DNA from: the human T2T-CHM13v2.0 reference genome, Homo sapiens
Assembly: GCF_009914755.1 (NCBI RefSeq)
Contig: NC_060929.1
Direction: 5' to 3' (one strand)
DNA length: 64,000 bases
The notes under the pieces were generated by a model. The model ran no database searches. It saw only the letters and a list, made by a program, of their open reading frames with translations, and had not been told where the DNA came from. This document shows positions 13,861 through 28,409 of the stretch, piece by piece (position 1 is the stretch's first letter; each line of letters opens with the position of its first letter). The position numbers and the translations under genes were made by a program.

Positions 13861-16744
13861 TATTTCATTCTGCAAGGTTTGGGTCTCTAATTGGAAAAAA
13901 TACAGGAGATGGTTGGAGGAGGAAATCACAATTCTCCACACATTGGCTCAATCTTAATTTTGACTTGCCAGTTATGAATTGATTGATTGATTGTTAGATT
14001 TTTAACAGAAGATATCAGTTTCATGAATTGCCAATCTATTTAATTCAAAGGGAAGACATGATCACATAATCATCAAAAATGCTTAAATCATCATCACAAG
14101 TCCATTTTAATTAGTGCAACTCTCACTAGCCTCTTCAGCACCCAGAAATGTGCCAAAAGTGTTTCCACAAAGGTACAAACTTTGCCCCACTGAAAGAATG
14201 CATCAGATCTTTGGTAATGGGAATCTTTTCTGAATCAATTGAGGATAACAAACATAATCTTTTCTTCTGAAATTTTTATTTTCCCCAATATTTACAGTTC
14301 CTCAATACAGGATACTGTACCTGTTATACAGGGGTGCTGAAATTTTGATCTACATTAGTCCTTGTGTAGCTAGTAAGAGCTGGGGCCCTGGGCTGGTCTT
14401 TCAGAGCTATGAGTAGTTTTTCTACTTTGTCTAAAATGTCATAAAGACATTATGTTTTATTGTTTGATATTTTTGAAAGTTCTTAATAAATACAGATCGT
14501 GACTATACCAAGGCATTTCTACACCTTTCTTTATCATCTGTACATTAAAACCAAGTTTGGATTAACCAATAGACCTTATAATAGAACTTGTAATTTACCA
14601 ACCTACCACATCAAAATTGGTATGTAATTTCCAGGTAACCTCTCACAGTCCTGAGAGGTTAGAAGTGTAGAAAGTTTGCTTCTCTATTGTCATGGAATAA
14701 CCTTGTTTAGTTCCTAATTTTAGCTAACGATTTTGTAATTTATTAATGTGTGTGTGTGTGTGCATGTGTGGGTTTGGGTTTTCTTCTGCCTGGAAAACAC
14801 TGCCCAAACCAGCCGCTTAGATCCTCCTTCACTATACTCTGCAAAGGCTTAACTCAATGGACCCTTGCTTCCCAATGATCACAGTTAATAATTAAAATAT
14901 TTTCTTCACCTCTGGGTGCCATGGTTAGCTAATTTATTATCCTGGTATATTAACAAGGTATTTATAGTTTTCTGCCTTATCTGAATTATTTCTAAATCCC
15001 CACATTCCCATAGAGTTCTCTTGTCTACAATCCAGTATTTAATAGCAACTTCATCTACCAAGTGGGATAATGAATTACAAATGATAAGATGTGATCTCAA
15101 ATGTTTTAGAAAAGTAAACATGGGAGAAATAATTAAAAGTTGAAAGGCCTATTTGGAAAACAAAGGGAGAGTCATGGAGGTTTCTATCAAATTCCAGGGA
15201 CAGGCAGTAGCAGCCACAATCAAAGCCAGTCAGCCAAATTTCATTTATGTGAAATAGAAATTCATGTATTCATTGATCATGTGGTAAATTTAATTTACAT
15301 CTCCCAATTCCCTACAGAATGGCTTCAAAGATCCCCAAAATTCGAAAACCTAAAGAAAAAGAGGTGGATTAGTAGTACTGATGAACCTCATCTACTCCCT
15401 GGCTGCCATGGGGAGGAGAAAGAAATGATCTAACCAGATGAGCCTACTTAGAGAGCCAGTTTAGATATGCCTAATGACAAGAAACACAAAACGAGTATAT
15501 AAACAGAGGAAGAAGAGTTGTATTCTCAAAAGCAGAAATAACAAAGGCATGTTGAAAATATTTTTAAATTATAATTTATTTAGTGTTTTGGTATAGAAAG
15601 CTCATGATATTAATTGGAAATTATAAATATTTTAGGATAAATGTAGAAAAACAATCAAAGATGAAAAGTTAATCCAAATCAAGACCAAGTTTATTGTTTT
15701 TTTAAGCCAGGAGAGCCCATGTCATGCTAGAATAAAGAGAGTCTTGTCTGAGCTGGGGGGTCATTTTAAGGCATAAAGGAGGAAGTTAATTCTAAATAAG
15801 GTTGGATTTAGAAAAACATAATTTGATCTGTTAGATAATTTGACTGAAAACTCTTTTTTGTGATTGGCCATTGTTATAGAATGTTGTCAATGATTTGAAT
15901 GTAAAATCAGATCCAACTCTCACAAAAAATAATTCCTTTAGGTTCAAGAAGCCTTATAGAAATGTACAAGTTTAGAGCAGAGACATCCTTTTCCTTATGT
16001 GCCAAATCAAGAGAAAAGCTAACACATATATCTAGCTTTATTTTCTAAAATAGCCCAAGCCATTTTAATAGTATTTTGAAGTCTCATATCTCTTTGTTTT
16101 TGTGGAAGAGTTCATGTATATGGAAAGTGAAGAATAGCTATAAATATTTCAAATTACAGAAGTTAAAGTATTAGGAAAAAAAGAATTTAAGTAGAGTGTA
16201 TGTACTTTGAAATGCACTTTATGTTCTTAAATGTGTTTCCATTAGCAAACTTAAAATATGAAGATTATTGAAAATCATTGTTCTTTATTCAAGAACATTG
16301 AGACAAATAGCACTTGTGCTTTCTTTAACAAAAGGGCTTGTTTTATAAGGAAGCATATTTCTTTGATTATTCTAAATTTTCATAGACAACTTCTTATTAA
16401 GTAAATTCATTACATTTAATTTCAGATAGCAAATGATTTTATTGTCTTCTCTGGAGTTATAAAATGAATTTATGTTATGATTACTTTAGATAATTTCTTT
16501 GTATTTGCTCTATTTCTTTTTATTTCACATCTCTCCTTTTATTAGTTTAATATTACTTAATGATATTAGTCCAGTAGATAACATTAGAGTGTATAAATGA
16601 GTAAGCATAAAAATGGCATTTCCTGCCACTGATATTCATCATAGAATGTTGATGAATGGATGCTTGTTTAGATACATGTGTGTGCATATGAGTTTGTGTG
16701 TACATTCACATCTATGCACTGTACTAGACCAGAAAACCTAACAA

Positions 16745-17446
16745 TGTCAGGGATAAAATTGTGGTCTGACTGGGTACAGCTCCTGCTTAAACATGGATGT
16801 GTGATTTTCCAGGCCCATCCATAGGTAATTACAAAGATTTCACCTGGCAGACTTCATGGGAAGATTGCTTCCCTTCCCACTCCTGACTTGATGCTCAGCT
16901 AGCGCATTGCAGTCCCGAAGAGAGTTGCAGTTTAGGACTAAGATCTCAAGTCATGCTTTTCCACAAATTTACATTCCTAGCCCAGGGGTCATATTCCTAG
17001 GTCTCTTTGTCTAAGGCCTTGGACAGAGATCATCTTTAGACATCTCTGGTGAGGCCTTCTTACTAGAGGAAAGGAGAAAAATTAAAGATACTTTTCCCCA
17101 CTCTGACTCAGTATCTAGTAATTTTTCACTCCTAGACCTATTCAGTGGGCCTTCACCCAGCCCACAGGTCCAAAAAAGTGGCAGAGACTTTTGCTTGGAG
17201 CTCCTTCAACAGTGAGAAAATCGACACGTCTTTGCTGATCCACCTGACCCTCTACCAGCACATTGTTTTATAGGGGAGCATGAAACAGAGGGAACTGGTG
17301 TCTTTGGTTTTAGCTGTCTGCTTATACTATGGTGATAAATGATTATAGGCTTTGCTGCTACTTTCATTCTGGCTCAACTTTGCTTCAGTTGGCTACTCCA
17401 TCACTTGGCAGCTCAGTTTTCACTCAGCTCAACAGAGCTCCTGACA
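16745..17446 (+). mobile_element. Solo ERVL-class LTR (LTR41/LTR40-like)
   Basis: GC-richer 700-bp block bounded by inverted termini tgtcagg...cctgaca (TG...CA), flanked by ctaacaa/ctgacaa; family and strand recalled, not verified. Confidence 0.6.
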
Positions 17447-17803
17447 CTGACAAAATTGGGGTTGTTGATGCACTACAACAAGGGAATGTACCAAAACACC
17501 AGAGAAACCATGAGTTTCTCACTAAGCAAGGGCAAAAAAAAAAAAAAATGCAGAGTTCTATGTACTTGGAAACTACGAAGTCAAAATATAACATGTTGGA
17601 AGCTTTCACTCAGCTCAGCTGAGCTTCTGACACTGACAAAATAGGGGTTTTTGATACACTACAACAAAAGAATGTATCAAAATACCAGAGAAACCATGAG
17701 TTTCTCACTAAGCATGGGCAAAAACAAACAAACAATAACAACAAAAAAAAGCAGAATTCTATGTACTTGGAAACTACAAATCAAAACAAAAACATGTTGG
17801 AAG
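17418..17803. repeat. Two-copy tandem duplication (186 bp and 200 bp)
   Basis: 17418-17603 aligns with 17604-17803 from tttcactcagctca to acatgttggaag. Confidence 0.97.
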
Positions 17804-18688
17804 GTTATGTCCAGGAACCCCTGAACTGAAGCTCTGCAACTGGGATTAAACAAGGCTGATTGTCTTGGTGAGTAAGATCCTCCAGGCAAGAGTAGGGTGC
17901 TTCAATCTCACTGACAAAATTTCAAACATCAATGTTTCTCATCACCTATTAATGTATAGAACAAAGTGTCTCAGTGACCAAGAAATAAATAGTCACTCAA
18001 AGCCAGGACTGGTTATGAAACTTTGTAGCTATCCTGTGTCCTTGAGAGAACTATTGTATGTTTGTTTTGTGTATAATTTGATAAAATCAGCAACATCTTC
18101 CCATGCCAGTAAATGTATGTCCACTATTGTACATGTGGGCAGAATATTTTGGTTTCTGGATGTTATAATTTTTAAGGTAGTTTTCATATTTTGTTCTTTG
18201 GTTAGAAATTATTCTGTAAAATTCTTTTACTCTTCCCATTGTTGTTTTAGATGATATTTCTGGAATTAGAATTAATGAAGAATGCATCAGAACTATTATT
18301 AGTTTAATATACATGATTAGGCATGTACAAATTTACATTTCATTCAGCATTTTATGAGTACTGTTTATTATTTTTACCTTCAGATAATTTATTATTGGTT
18401 TATTTGGAAATCAAATACTTTAGTCTGTTTATTAATTTCATTTCTTTTTGGTGAAGTCTCTTTTGTTTCATAAATTGAGAATATCTTACTATTGAGATAA
18501 AAGCTTCTTATCTGAAGAATCATATTTTTGGAATTTTGTGTTATCAGAAAACTAGGTTTTTGAATATGACTTATATTGGAGTCCTAAAAAGAGTTCTTGT
18601 ATCCGTCTCAAGAATACAAACATGTAACTATACTGTCATCTTACAACTGTGCCTTCATTGTGTTTTCCTGTTTATATGTTGTTATATG

Positions 18689-19141
18689 TGTAGTAGGTAG
18701 AATAAAGTCCCTTACCCCAAAAGATATCCACATCCTATTTCCCATAACCTGTATATTTGTTACCTTACAAAGGAACTTTTGTAGAGGTGACTAAGTTAAG
18801 GATTGAATTGGGGAAATTATTCTGAATTATCTGGTTGGGCCAGATATAATCACAATGGTGCCTCAGAAGATGAAGGCAGGATTTGCAGGGTCAGAGAAGA
18901 CACGACGACAGAAGCAGATGTCAGGGTAACGTAGATCCAGGAGCCAAGCAATGTTGACTGCCTGGAGATCCTGGAAAAGATAAGGAAACAGGTTCTCACC
19001 TAAAGCTTCCAGAAGAAACAAGCCCTTCCCACCCATTTTAGATGTATGAAAGCCAGCAATGCAATATAATATATTTGTGGTGTTTGAAGTGATTCAGTAA
19101 GTTTGTGGCATTTTTTGCGACCAAAGTAGGAAACTGATATG
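18689..19141 (+). mobile_element. MaLR solo LTR (MLT1D/MLT1C-like)
   Basis: Starts tgtagtaggtagaataa...aaagatatccacatcct; ends taagtttgtggc...taggaaactgata. Confidence 0.85.
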
Positions 19142-20789
19142 ATAATACATTTTCAATACATCTAGAAATTATTTAGTTTCTGATATGACTTCTGTTTTCT
19201 TTTTTATAGCTAATTTGCCAACAGAAAATATCAATAATTTTAATAATTCTCAGGGATTTGAGATCCCATCATTAATAGGATATTGAATGAAGAAAATATG
19301 TGAATCTATGCACATTTTGACATGCAGTTGTATTTCCCATCATGTTTTGTCAATAAATCCCATAGTGTCACCTACATTTTACATCATCTCTTCTTCTGCA
19401 TAGAAAAAAGATATTCTTCCTATAGGATAATATTTGTTTTTCTAACTATACTCAGGATCCTTTCACCTCTGGTCTACTTAGGACCTTGTCATATCACTCA
19501 CTCTTTTCACCTCCCAGTGTCTTCTCATCAGATACAAACACTTGTAACTCTAGTCCTTGTTCCCCACTGGCTACTGACATGAAATATATTTTAAATTATA
19601 TTTTTGAAATTTTTATTAAACTGTGTAATGATTGAGGATGATTATAGGAGAATTGATAATGTTGTAATATTAAATTTTCCTATTAACTTGATTCTCTTGG
19701 ATTCCAGAGAAACAATCATATTGTACTTGAAAGTGACATTTTTAACTCCTTTCTGATATTTCTATTTTGCATTCACTTTTATAATAATGCATGGGATTGG
19801 ATAAATAATATGTCAATAGAGTCAATCTTCACTTTAGTCTTCGAAGGAGATTGATAGGAATATTTTTTGTTGATATTGTAAATGGGAATTTTCCTATCAA
19901 CAATATGCCTTGTCTGTTGGTTTCATTTGGAGATTCTTAATTTGATAAGCATTATGTTCTTGTATTGTGATTTACACTTAGGAAGGGAAATTTTATTCAA
20001 CGTGATAATAGTTTTTTTACATCTAGATTTTGTGCAATTATGGTTGCTATATTTTTTTGAATTTAAACTATAAATATGAAGACTTTTAAAACAGATTAAA
20101 TATTTATTTTTACAACCACCAAGATAAAACATATACAGTTCTTATGTATGTGTATTTTAAGGTATTAATAAATTATATTTGTTTTCTTTAAGATTTTTAA
20201 TGCATATTTACAAGTGAGATTGCTTAGTTTTGATGAATTGTGCTAAGTTTTTCGTCTTTTCTAAATACTGTATAATATTACTTATTTTTAAATTTCACTC
20301 AAGAGATATATAGAGGCAGATGGGGTTTGCCATTAAAATGTATCAGTATTTGGTAATTAATTAATTTATTTAAATGCAATGTAATCTTTTAAATATGGTT
20401 GAAATTTAAACTATTGTTATTAATTTTGTATCTTGTGACATGACCTTCTAAATAGAGTGCTATAAACTTTTAACCAATTGAGATTGTCTTGGGGATGTTC
20501 CACGGGTACCTTGTATTTTAGCAGTGTATAACATGTAATGCGTTAAATCAACTTTACTAACTTTATTAAATATATAAATTATGTCTATTTATTGTTTTGT
20601 GCACATTTCCACTGTCAAATGTTTGGAAAAAATTATCTTTTGCTATTGTATTTCCATTCATTTTCTTTTCATTCTACCTATTTTGGAGAGGCAGTTTACT
20701 ATGGTGATTCAGAATGTATACTGATATATTCGCATATTCTTACATTGCTTGAAATCTGCAGAGCATTTGAAATTGCTTACCAATTTTAA

Positions 20790-21100
20790 ACCTTATTCTT
20801 TTGGCTTCCATGATACCATACTCTTCTGGTCTCCACTCTGTGCTCTGGTCAATGGTCCTTGATTTTCTGTTTCATTTCTTATGAATGACTCCTAAATGTT
20901 GAAATTTTACAGGGATTTGTTACCAGTCCTCATCTCTTCTCTAGTACTTCTCCCTGAATGATCCCTTACTCTCCCATGACATCAATTACAATAGATGTGC
21001 TAAGGGCTTCACATCTCTACTGCAGTTTGGATTTATTTCCCAAGCTCCAATCCATATACTTATTTGATATAACCACTTTATTTTGGATATTTTGCTGAAA
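20790..21100 (+). mobile_element. L2 fragment
   Basis: ttggcttccatgataccatactcttctgg...ctcccatgacatcaattac resembles L2 ORF2-derived sequence. Confidence 0.65.
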
Positions 21101-21618
21101 ATATCAATTCTTGATTAATTACAATTGAAATAGTAATATCTAGTTTTTCAGGTTGATATAGCAATAGATTAAAATAATGTATTCCATGCACCCAGTAAAT
21201 ATCTGGATTGTAGTAGGTGATACAATGATCTATTGTTAATAGAAATTCAGTAAGCATGTTTGAATAATAAGGGGAAGATCACATAAGAAAGATTAATCAA
21301 AGAGAAGGGAAAGAATTGAGAATACACTGGACATAGTTGAAGAAGACAAGTAATCTGTTGTGCGTGGAATGAACTCAAATCCAAACCCTTCCTCTAACTT
21401 TCTCCCTGGTATTTGACTGTGTTACTAATGAAGTGTAATGTCAGTTTCACGTTTAAAACTGTAATTTTATGAACAGTGAAATCTCAACAGTAGTAACAGC
21501 AGTAACTTGAAGACACATGGATTTAAGGAGCCAACATAACTGACTCTGCATAAGATAACTTCAGTATTTACATAACAGTCTTACGTGCTTTTGGATTTGT
21601 GGGTTCTCCCCCTACTGT

Positions 21619-21940
21619 TGTTGCAGGACTTTCCTTAGTTCAGCTGAAGACGGGTTCTTGTCCGTCCCACGGCCATGAAAATGTGGGCTCGCAGACAGTT
21701 TGACGGGTGAGCAAAACAGGGTTTTATCGGGTGAAAATGGAAAAAAAGAGGGAAACAGAAACTCTCACTAGACCAGAGTCCCTGCTAGAGCACTTCCTGC
21801 CCAGCAATTCAAATCCCAGATTTCACACAGGAAAAGAGGGGCCACACTCCCTACAGACATGGTGAATATCCTGAGGTTCCACCTCAGTGGGCAGGCTGGT
21901 TGGAGTCTTTCCAGGGGACCCTTTCCACCTGGCTGTCTCA
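21619..21940 (-). mobile_element. ERV1-class solo LTR (MER61-like)
   Basis: TG...CA ends, exact 4-bp TSD ctgt (21615-21618 and 21941-21944); minus strand begins tgagacagccaggtggaaagggtccc. Confidence 0.85.
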
Positions 21941-24866
21941 CTGTCACGTAGGCATTCTTAAACTGAAAGCTCAGATCTGGAAGTGGAAAACATAAGACAC
22001 AAGACTGACTTTGGATTGGGGTGTTCTTACCACTTCACCTTGCAGAAACCTAGCAGCTTGCAAAATAGTTGAGTCTTAATTTGTGCGCAACCAGAAGGTA
22101 GATAGGATAGGAATGTTCTTCCCTATGTTCCTCACAACGTAGCTAGAATTTGTGGTGGCTTTATTTCTATGAAAGCTATTCCATACTTTCAAGTTGTACC
22201 CTTTCTGATTATGTTTACTTCAGTCAAGTCTAAATTATATGGAGTTTATTTGTGCACCTATTTACCACTTATTCGAAAAGCATTTACAACAAAACAATGC
22301 CTAGGGAGGGTTCCCATTAGACCCATTTTTAATTACGTAGTTGTATTACTTTTGTGGAACAGATACTGAAATTGGGAAAGTGATTGGTGAGTACTTAAAG
22401 CCTTTGAATAGGAGATGAGTTATCTCAAAATCACTCAGAATAGTTCAAAATACATGGCTCCAAATTGGTAGTATGAATCAAAGATCAATTATAATTATCA
22501 TAATAAAATAACATTATTTTTAATTTCCTTAAACAACAGAGAAAATGAAGTATAGAAATGGCTGTGATAACAGAAATCAAATCATGTGATAGTTACAAGA
22601 ATTAGTACAGGAGTGAAATTGAAGGGTCTTGGTGACTCTTTGAGCAGATAGTGATGTAAGAATCAGGATAAAAACCAAGAGTTCTGTTTGTTTCTATAGA
22701 AACATGTTATTGGTTTTAATAATAAGGCAGATTAGTAGAATATTATTAGAAGAATAATAAAGTTCATTTCATAGTAGACCTTATAAAAATGTCAAATAAT
22801 AAGAAAAAACATTTTTGTTTTAGAGATGTTTGAGAGCTTCAAAGTGAAAGTAAAATATGGTTAGTTTCATATTTTTCCAAACATTGAAGACTTTTAGGAA
22901 GGAAGAAAACTGGCAATTGGTTCCCAACAATGTGTCAAGAAAGTAATTAATTCATGGGACCTTTGGATCATACAGTATTACCACCTACAATAAGAGCAAC
23001 AGGAGGTCTTCTGTTGAGAAGATGTATGTGGTTTCATTCTGCTTCCTGTTTTTATCTTAAGATATAAATTTTTATTTGAACCTGACAATTTGTTGTCCTT
23101 GCACTTCTATATGAATTCTCCACAGGAAAATAAAAAAAAAAGTAGTATAACATCAAAGGACAATTAATTTTTTTTGTTTTCATCTCTTTCTTTTCATAAA
23201 AGCAAGTATTGGATTGTTAAGCTTTCAACAAAGGTTATTTTTTATTCTATTCTAAGTGTGAATTATATTCTAAGTTACTTTCATTCTATTCTAAGTATGA
23301 ATTCTAAATTAGTATACATATTGAAAGTTTCAATTAATTTTCATATGGACTAAGTAACAAAAAGCATGCCTAAATTTATAGAATTTACAGTTAAATATTC
23401 ATGGGAATAACAAAGTCTATCTGATTTATGAAAGCAGGAAGAAATGAAGTTGAGAAAGGAAAGTAAAGGAAGAAATAGAGGTACCATCAAAAGTAAAAAA
23501 GCGAGAGCCAAAAATTAGCTCCAGCACCATTACTTTTCATGAATAGTGTGTTACCTATACTTGATTATAATCAGTGAATTTGTCAGTTAACCAAATATGG
23601 TGATGGGGTGGGGGTGCAGATAAAATGGTTAATGCCACCTCAAAAGGTTTTTACATTTATAGGTTAACTTGAGTTACGGACAAAATAGGTTAATTGAATA
23701 TCTTAAAATCATTAATTAGCAATCAAGATGGGGACAAATAAAGTTCAGATAAAAATCTGACAAGATGTTTTACTGAAATTGTGTAAGTGGTCTTTCCAAA
23801 CCGTCTGCATAGGCTAAGAGGTGATATTGAGATAGAGTTTTACCAAGGGGCCTAGGAACACTGGAATTCTGTTTCCACCCACTACATGCAAAAAGTTCCC
23901 ACAGACCAAGTAAGAAAAGTGCACAATGGTTGAGACTCTAGTCATCTTTATGAATACGATTCTTTGCATTCAAGCAGCAATATTAATTTAAGCTTGGTTA
24001 CATCATAAATGACTTTTTTTAAAATTTCTGAAATACATGCTGGACTAGGCTCCAAAAGGAAATGATCAGACCTCCTTTATATCCTTTAAAAAGACTAATG
24101 TGTTAATATGCTATTTGACCACTGATGAGTAAAAAGAAAAAAATGAGCAAATAAATAATTTTTTGTCCAATTCCTGTATGTTGATGCTGTCTGAGACTCC
24201 TACTCAGGTATTCTTCAAGTGACTCCTCCAGTTCCTACGACAGTCAGCCTTTCTGAGTTGGAACAACACTGAACAAAAAAAGGGGAAACCAATCTCACTG
24301 GATCTTTTCCCTTTGGCTACACCCTCAATTCCCATGCCCCTCAAGCCTTGTGGAAACAAATAGAATCATAAGAAACCCATACAAACCATATTTAATCTTC
24401 TTAATAAAGCCTGATCCTAAGGAACAAAAAATGACCCCATCTCTGTCACCAATCCTTATCAGGACTTTTCCTTCCTGGAGAAAGTTTAGAAAAATAGGAG
24501 ACTGGAAATCATGAGATTTCACAAGGATATAATACCTAAAAAGATATAATACCCAAAATGATGACTACAAAAATACTGTATTTCTCTAGTGTATTTATTC
24601 TCTCATTTTTTCAAACTCCTTAAACTCCTTACTTAAGAAGAATTGACCCTTCTCCAGGCCAAGGCAAATTCTTCCCCTTGGTAAATAAAGCCTACCTACT
24701 GCCCATTTTACAACTGCATTGTCAATTTATTTCTATGTATTGAATTTGTCCTGCTTAAAAACCTTTTAAAAATCCCGTAGTTTTACAAAAGTCTCCTTTG
24801 ATGCTACTTTCTTTTTTAGCTATTGACCATTTTCTTCTTCAAATCTCTTTAAGAATATTATACCCC

Positions 24867-25193
<327 letters not shown>

Positions 25194-25327
25194 TCACATC
25201 CCATATTCTTTAAACCCACTCAAAACATATTTGCAATACTTCAATATTTCCTCAGCAATAATAAGAATGCCCTACTTGTTGCAAAATGTATTAGCAATTT
25301 CTTAGTCCTCCTTGTATTTGCCCAGTT

Positions 25328-25387
25328 GTTAGGTAGGTAGATAGATAGATAGATGATAGAGACAGAGAGACAGAGAGAGACAGAGAG
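25328..25387. repeat. Compound (TAGG)(TAGA)(GA/GACA) microsatellite
   Basis: Direct reading. Confidence 0.9.
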
Positions 25388-26158
25388 GTCAAAGAGTGCA
25401 GATTTCTCACCCAACAAAATGGGTGCATATTGCAGTCGTCCTTTGAAGTCCTTCTCTCATAGGTTGAGGTAAGAGGGAAGCATGCAGGGCCAGAAATGCA
25501 TTCATTCATACATTCATTTAAATAGATTCCTTAAAATGATTGCTCTCTCACTATATATACAGAAAGGTATATCTATATCTATGGAGGGATAGGTAGATAG
25601 ATAAATATTTAAATATTAAGAAAACAACTAAGGAAATACAAGGAGACTGAGAAACCCTAAAGTATTAGTGATTTCTATACACATGTACCTACATATTTTT
25701 TTCCACTGGATTTCAGAACAATACTCTCAAGACTTTCCTCTTATCCTACTGACCACTTATTCTTTGTCTCCTTTAAAGTTTCCTCTTTGATTATTTGCTT
25801 CTTGATGTTGAAATATCCCAGATTCAGTCTTTGGAAATCATAACTTTTCAATCTGCAAGTAACCCTTTATTAATCTCATCCTATTTATAGCTTTAATATC
25901 ATTTGTAAAGAGAATAATTCCAAATACGTGTTTCCTGCCAGAACTCTCCCATAAACTTCCAAATTCCATATATATAAAATATAATCATATATACATAGAA
26001 TTTCTGACTGTATGTCTCCTGTCAGTTTCTTTGTATCTCAAACTTATGTCCAAAAGATCCTGTATTATATAGAAAATCTGCTCTTCCTGCAGTCTTTCTG
26101 ATAACAGTAAACAATTCACCCTCACCTTCCTAGCTGCACAGATTATAAAAACATGGAG

Positions 26159-26486
<328 letters not shown>

Positions 26487-27126
26487 TCAATATATATATA
26501 ACTTTCTCCTTTAGCTATTGCCCAATTTTCTTCATCAAATTTCTTTAAAAATATTATACTCCAATTTTCACATCCTCTTTGAACCCATTCAAAATATATT
26601 TGCAATATATACAATTATATATATCACATTCAATATTATATATATATATATTTATCTCACATTCAGTATGTTAACAAAATCTCCTGTCTCTACTTTCAAA
26701 ATGCATGAAAATCCCAACCAGTTCTCACACATCTGTTGAAAACCTAGTTCAAGCCATCATTATCTTTTTACTGGATTATTATAATGGACCAGTTCCCTTG
26801 CTTTCACATGTGTTTCTATTCATCTGCCTTTAACACAACAGCTAGACTGATATTGTTAAAGGAGAGGTCAGATGATGCTATTCTCTACTCAAAATCCTCC
26901 ATTCTATTCTTATCTCACTCCTAGTAAAAGCCTTAACATGGCCTATGATATATGGTACACTGTTTAGTCATTGTTCCTTATGCGCTGCAGATATGTGTTC
27001 ATGTCTATAGCTATTTTTTTGTTCTCTCAGCAGCCTGGATTACTCCTCCCCAAATACCTGCATGGCTCAGTTCTGCACCATTTTAGGCTCTATTCCAATG
27101 CCAACTTCTCAATAAGTATGTCTTTT

Positions 27127-27403
27127 CTGGGCATGGTGGCTCATGCCTATAATCCCAGCACTTTGAGAGGCCAAGGCGGGTGGATCACGATGTCAAGAGA
27201 TGGAGACCATCCCGGGCAACATGGTGAAACCCCATCTCTACTAAAAATACAAATATCAGCCAGGCGTGGTAGTGCGCGCCTGTAGTCCCAGCTACTAGGG
27301 AGGCTGAGGCAGGAGAATTGCTTCAACCCAGGAGGCGGAGGTTGCGTGAGCCGAGATCGTGCAACTGCACTCAAGCCTAGGCGACATAGAGAGACTACGT
27401 CAA

Positions 27404-27438
<35 letters not shown>

Positions 27439-27448
27439 ATTAAATAAT
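27127..27448 (+). mobile_element. AluSc-like with an (AAAT)n tail
   Basis: gtcaagagatggagaccatcc and gcgcgcctgtagtccc; tail is an (aaat)n tract. Confidence 0.92.
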
Positions 27449-28234
27449 TTTTTATACTCTGCTTTGTGTTTCTTTATTGTGCCTATTACCATCTAAAAAC
27501 AGATTTTACTAATATTTTTGGAATATATAAACTGATTAGTGAAGTATCCTTGAGCTTTATGTCACAAGTGAACTTTGTGTTTTGTGTGAAGCATATATAC
27601 ATTTCACTTGCTTAGAAACAAAGTTGACTTTCTAAAACATTTTTTTCTAATGGTTTAAGTTGTACAGATTAAAGTAAAATAAAAGCTGTACTATCATAGT
27701 TGCCAAAAATATCTCCATATCCGATTAAAACCTAAGTTTGTGAAGAAAACTATTTTTTTCTTTTAATGTTTTGTTTACTGTTATATAGAATGTTTTCTGT
27801 CATCTACTAGACCATCAATATATTTTAGTGAGTGCCTGAGTGAATGTGTTTCTGGCACTGAAGCCTTCTTCCTAACCTCAAGCTACAAGAGAAGGGCTTC
27901 AAGGGGACACTGGAATATGCACCCCTTTTGTTGGGTAAAAAATCTAGACTATTTGACACCTTCTGAGGGACCTAAAAGTAAGAAGTTGTGCTTGTCAGAT
28001 AAATTAGTGTGAAAGGTTTAAGCCCATTAGGCTCTAGCTACATTTCCATTGATGGCATGGGTTAATGAGAGTATGAGCATATTCTTTAAACCATAAGTGG
28101 GCTATAAAGAGATAAATCTTATTGAATATTTTAAATGTTGTCACCCCCACCAGTGGGGTTCAGGGAAAGAAGTTGCCAGCTAGAAAGCCAAGACCAAAGT
28201 GAACAAGATAAGCTGTTGAAAAAAAATTCATCAA

Positions 28235-28404
28235 TATATGTTATGAAAAGAATGATCTAGTGTTTCCAGAGAAGACCTTGAAAAAACTCAGGAATGTGTT
28301 CTAAGGCAATGAGATCCAGTATATGTTATGAATGAATGATCTATTGTTTCCAGAGAAGGCCTTGAAAAAAACTCAGGAATATGTTCTAAGACAATGAGAT
28401 CCAG
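28235..28404. repeat. Two-copy 85-bp tandem duplication
   Basis: 28235-28319 aligns with 28320-28404 (tatatgttatgaa...caatgagatccag). Confidence 0.97.
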
Positions 28405-28409
28405 CCCTT

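Noticed and set aside
13067-14390. Possible hAT-Tip100 element with caggg...ccctg ends
   Set aside because: The terminal match is only about 5 bp, there is no 8-bp TSD, and I cannot recognise the interior.
17865-18254. 129-aa ORF in non-repeat sequence, and similar 60-110 aa ORFs elsewhere
   Set aside because: Non-ATG start, F/L/I/Y/C-rich composition typical of random AT-rich DNA, and no recognisable domain.
21850-21880. p53 response element in the MER61-like LTR
   Set aside because: Only one poor half-site (agacatggtg) and no second RRRCWWGYYY half-site.
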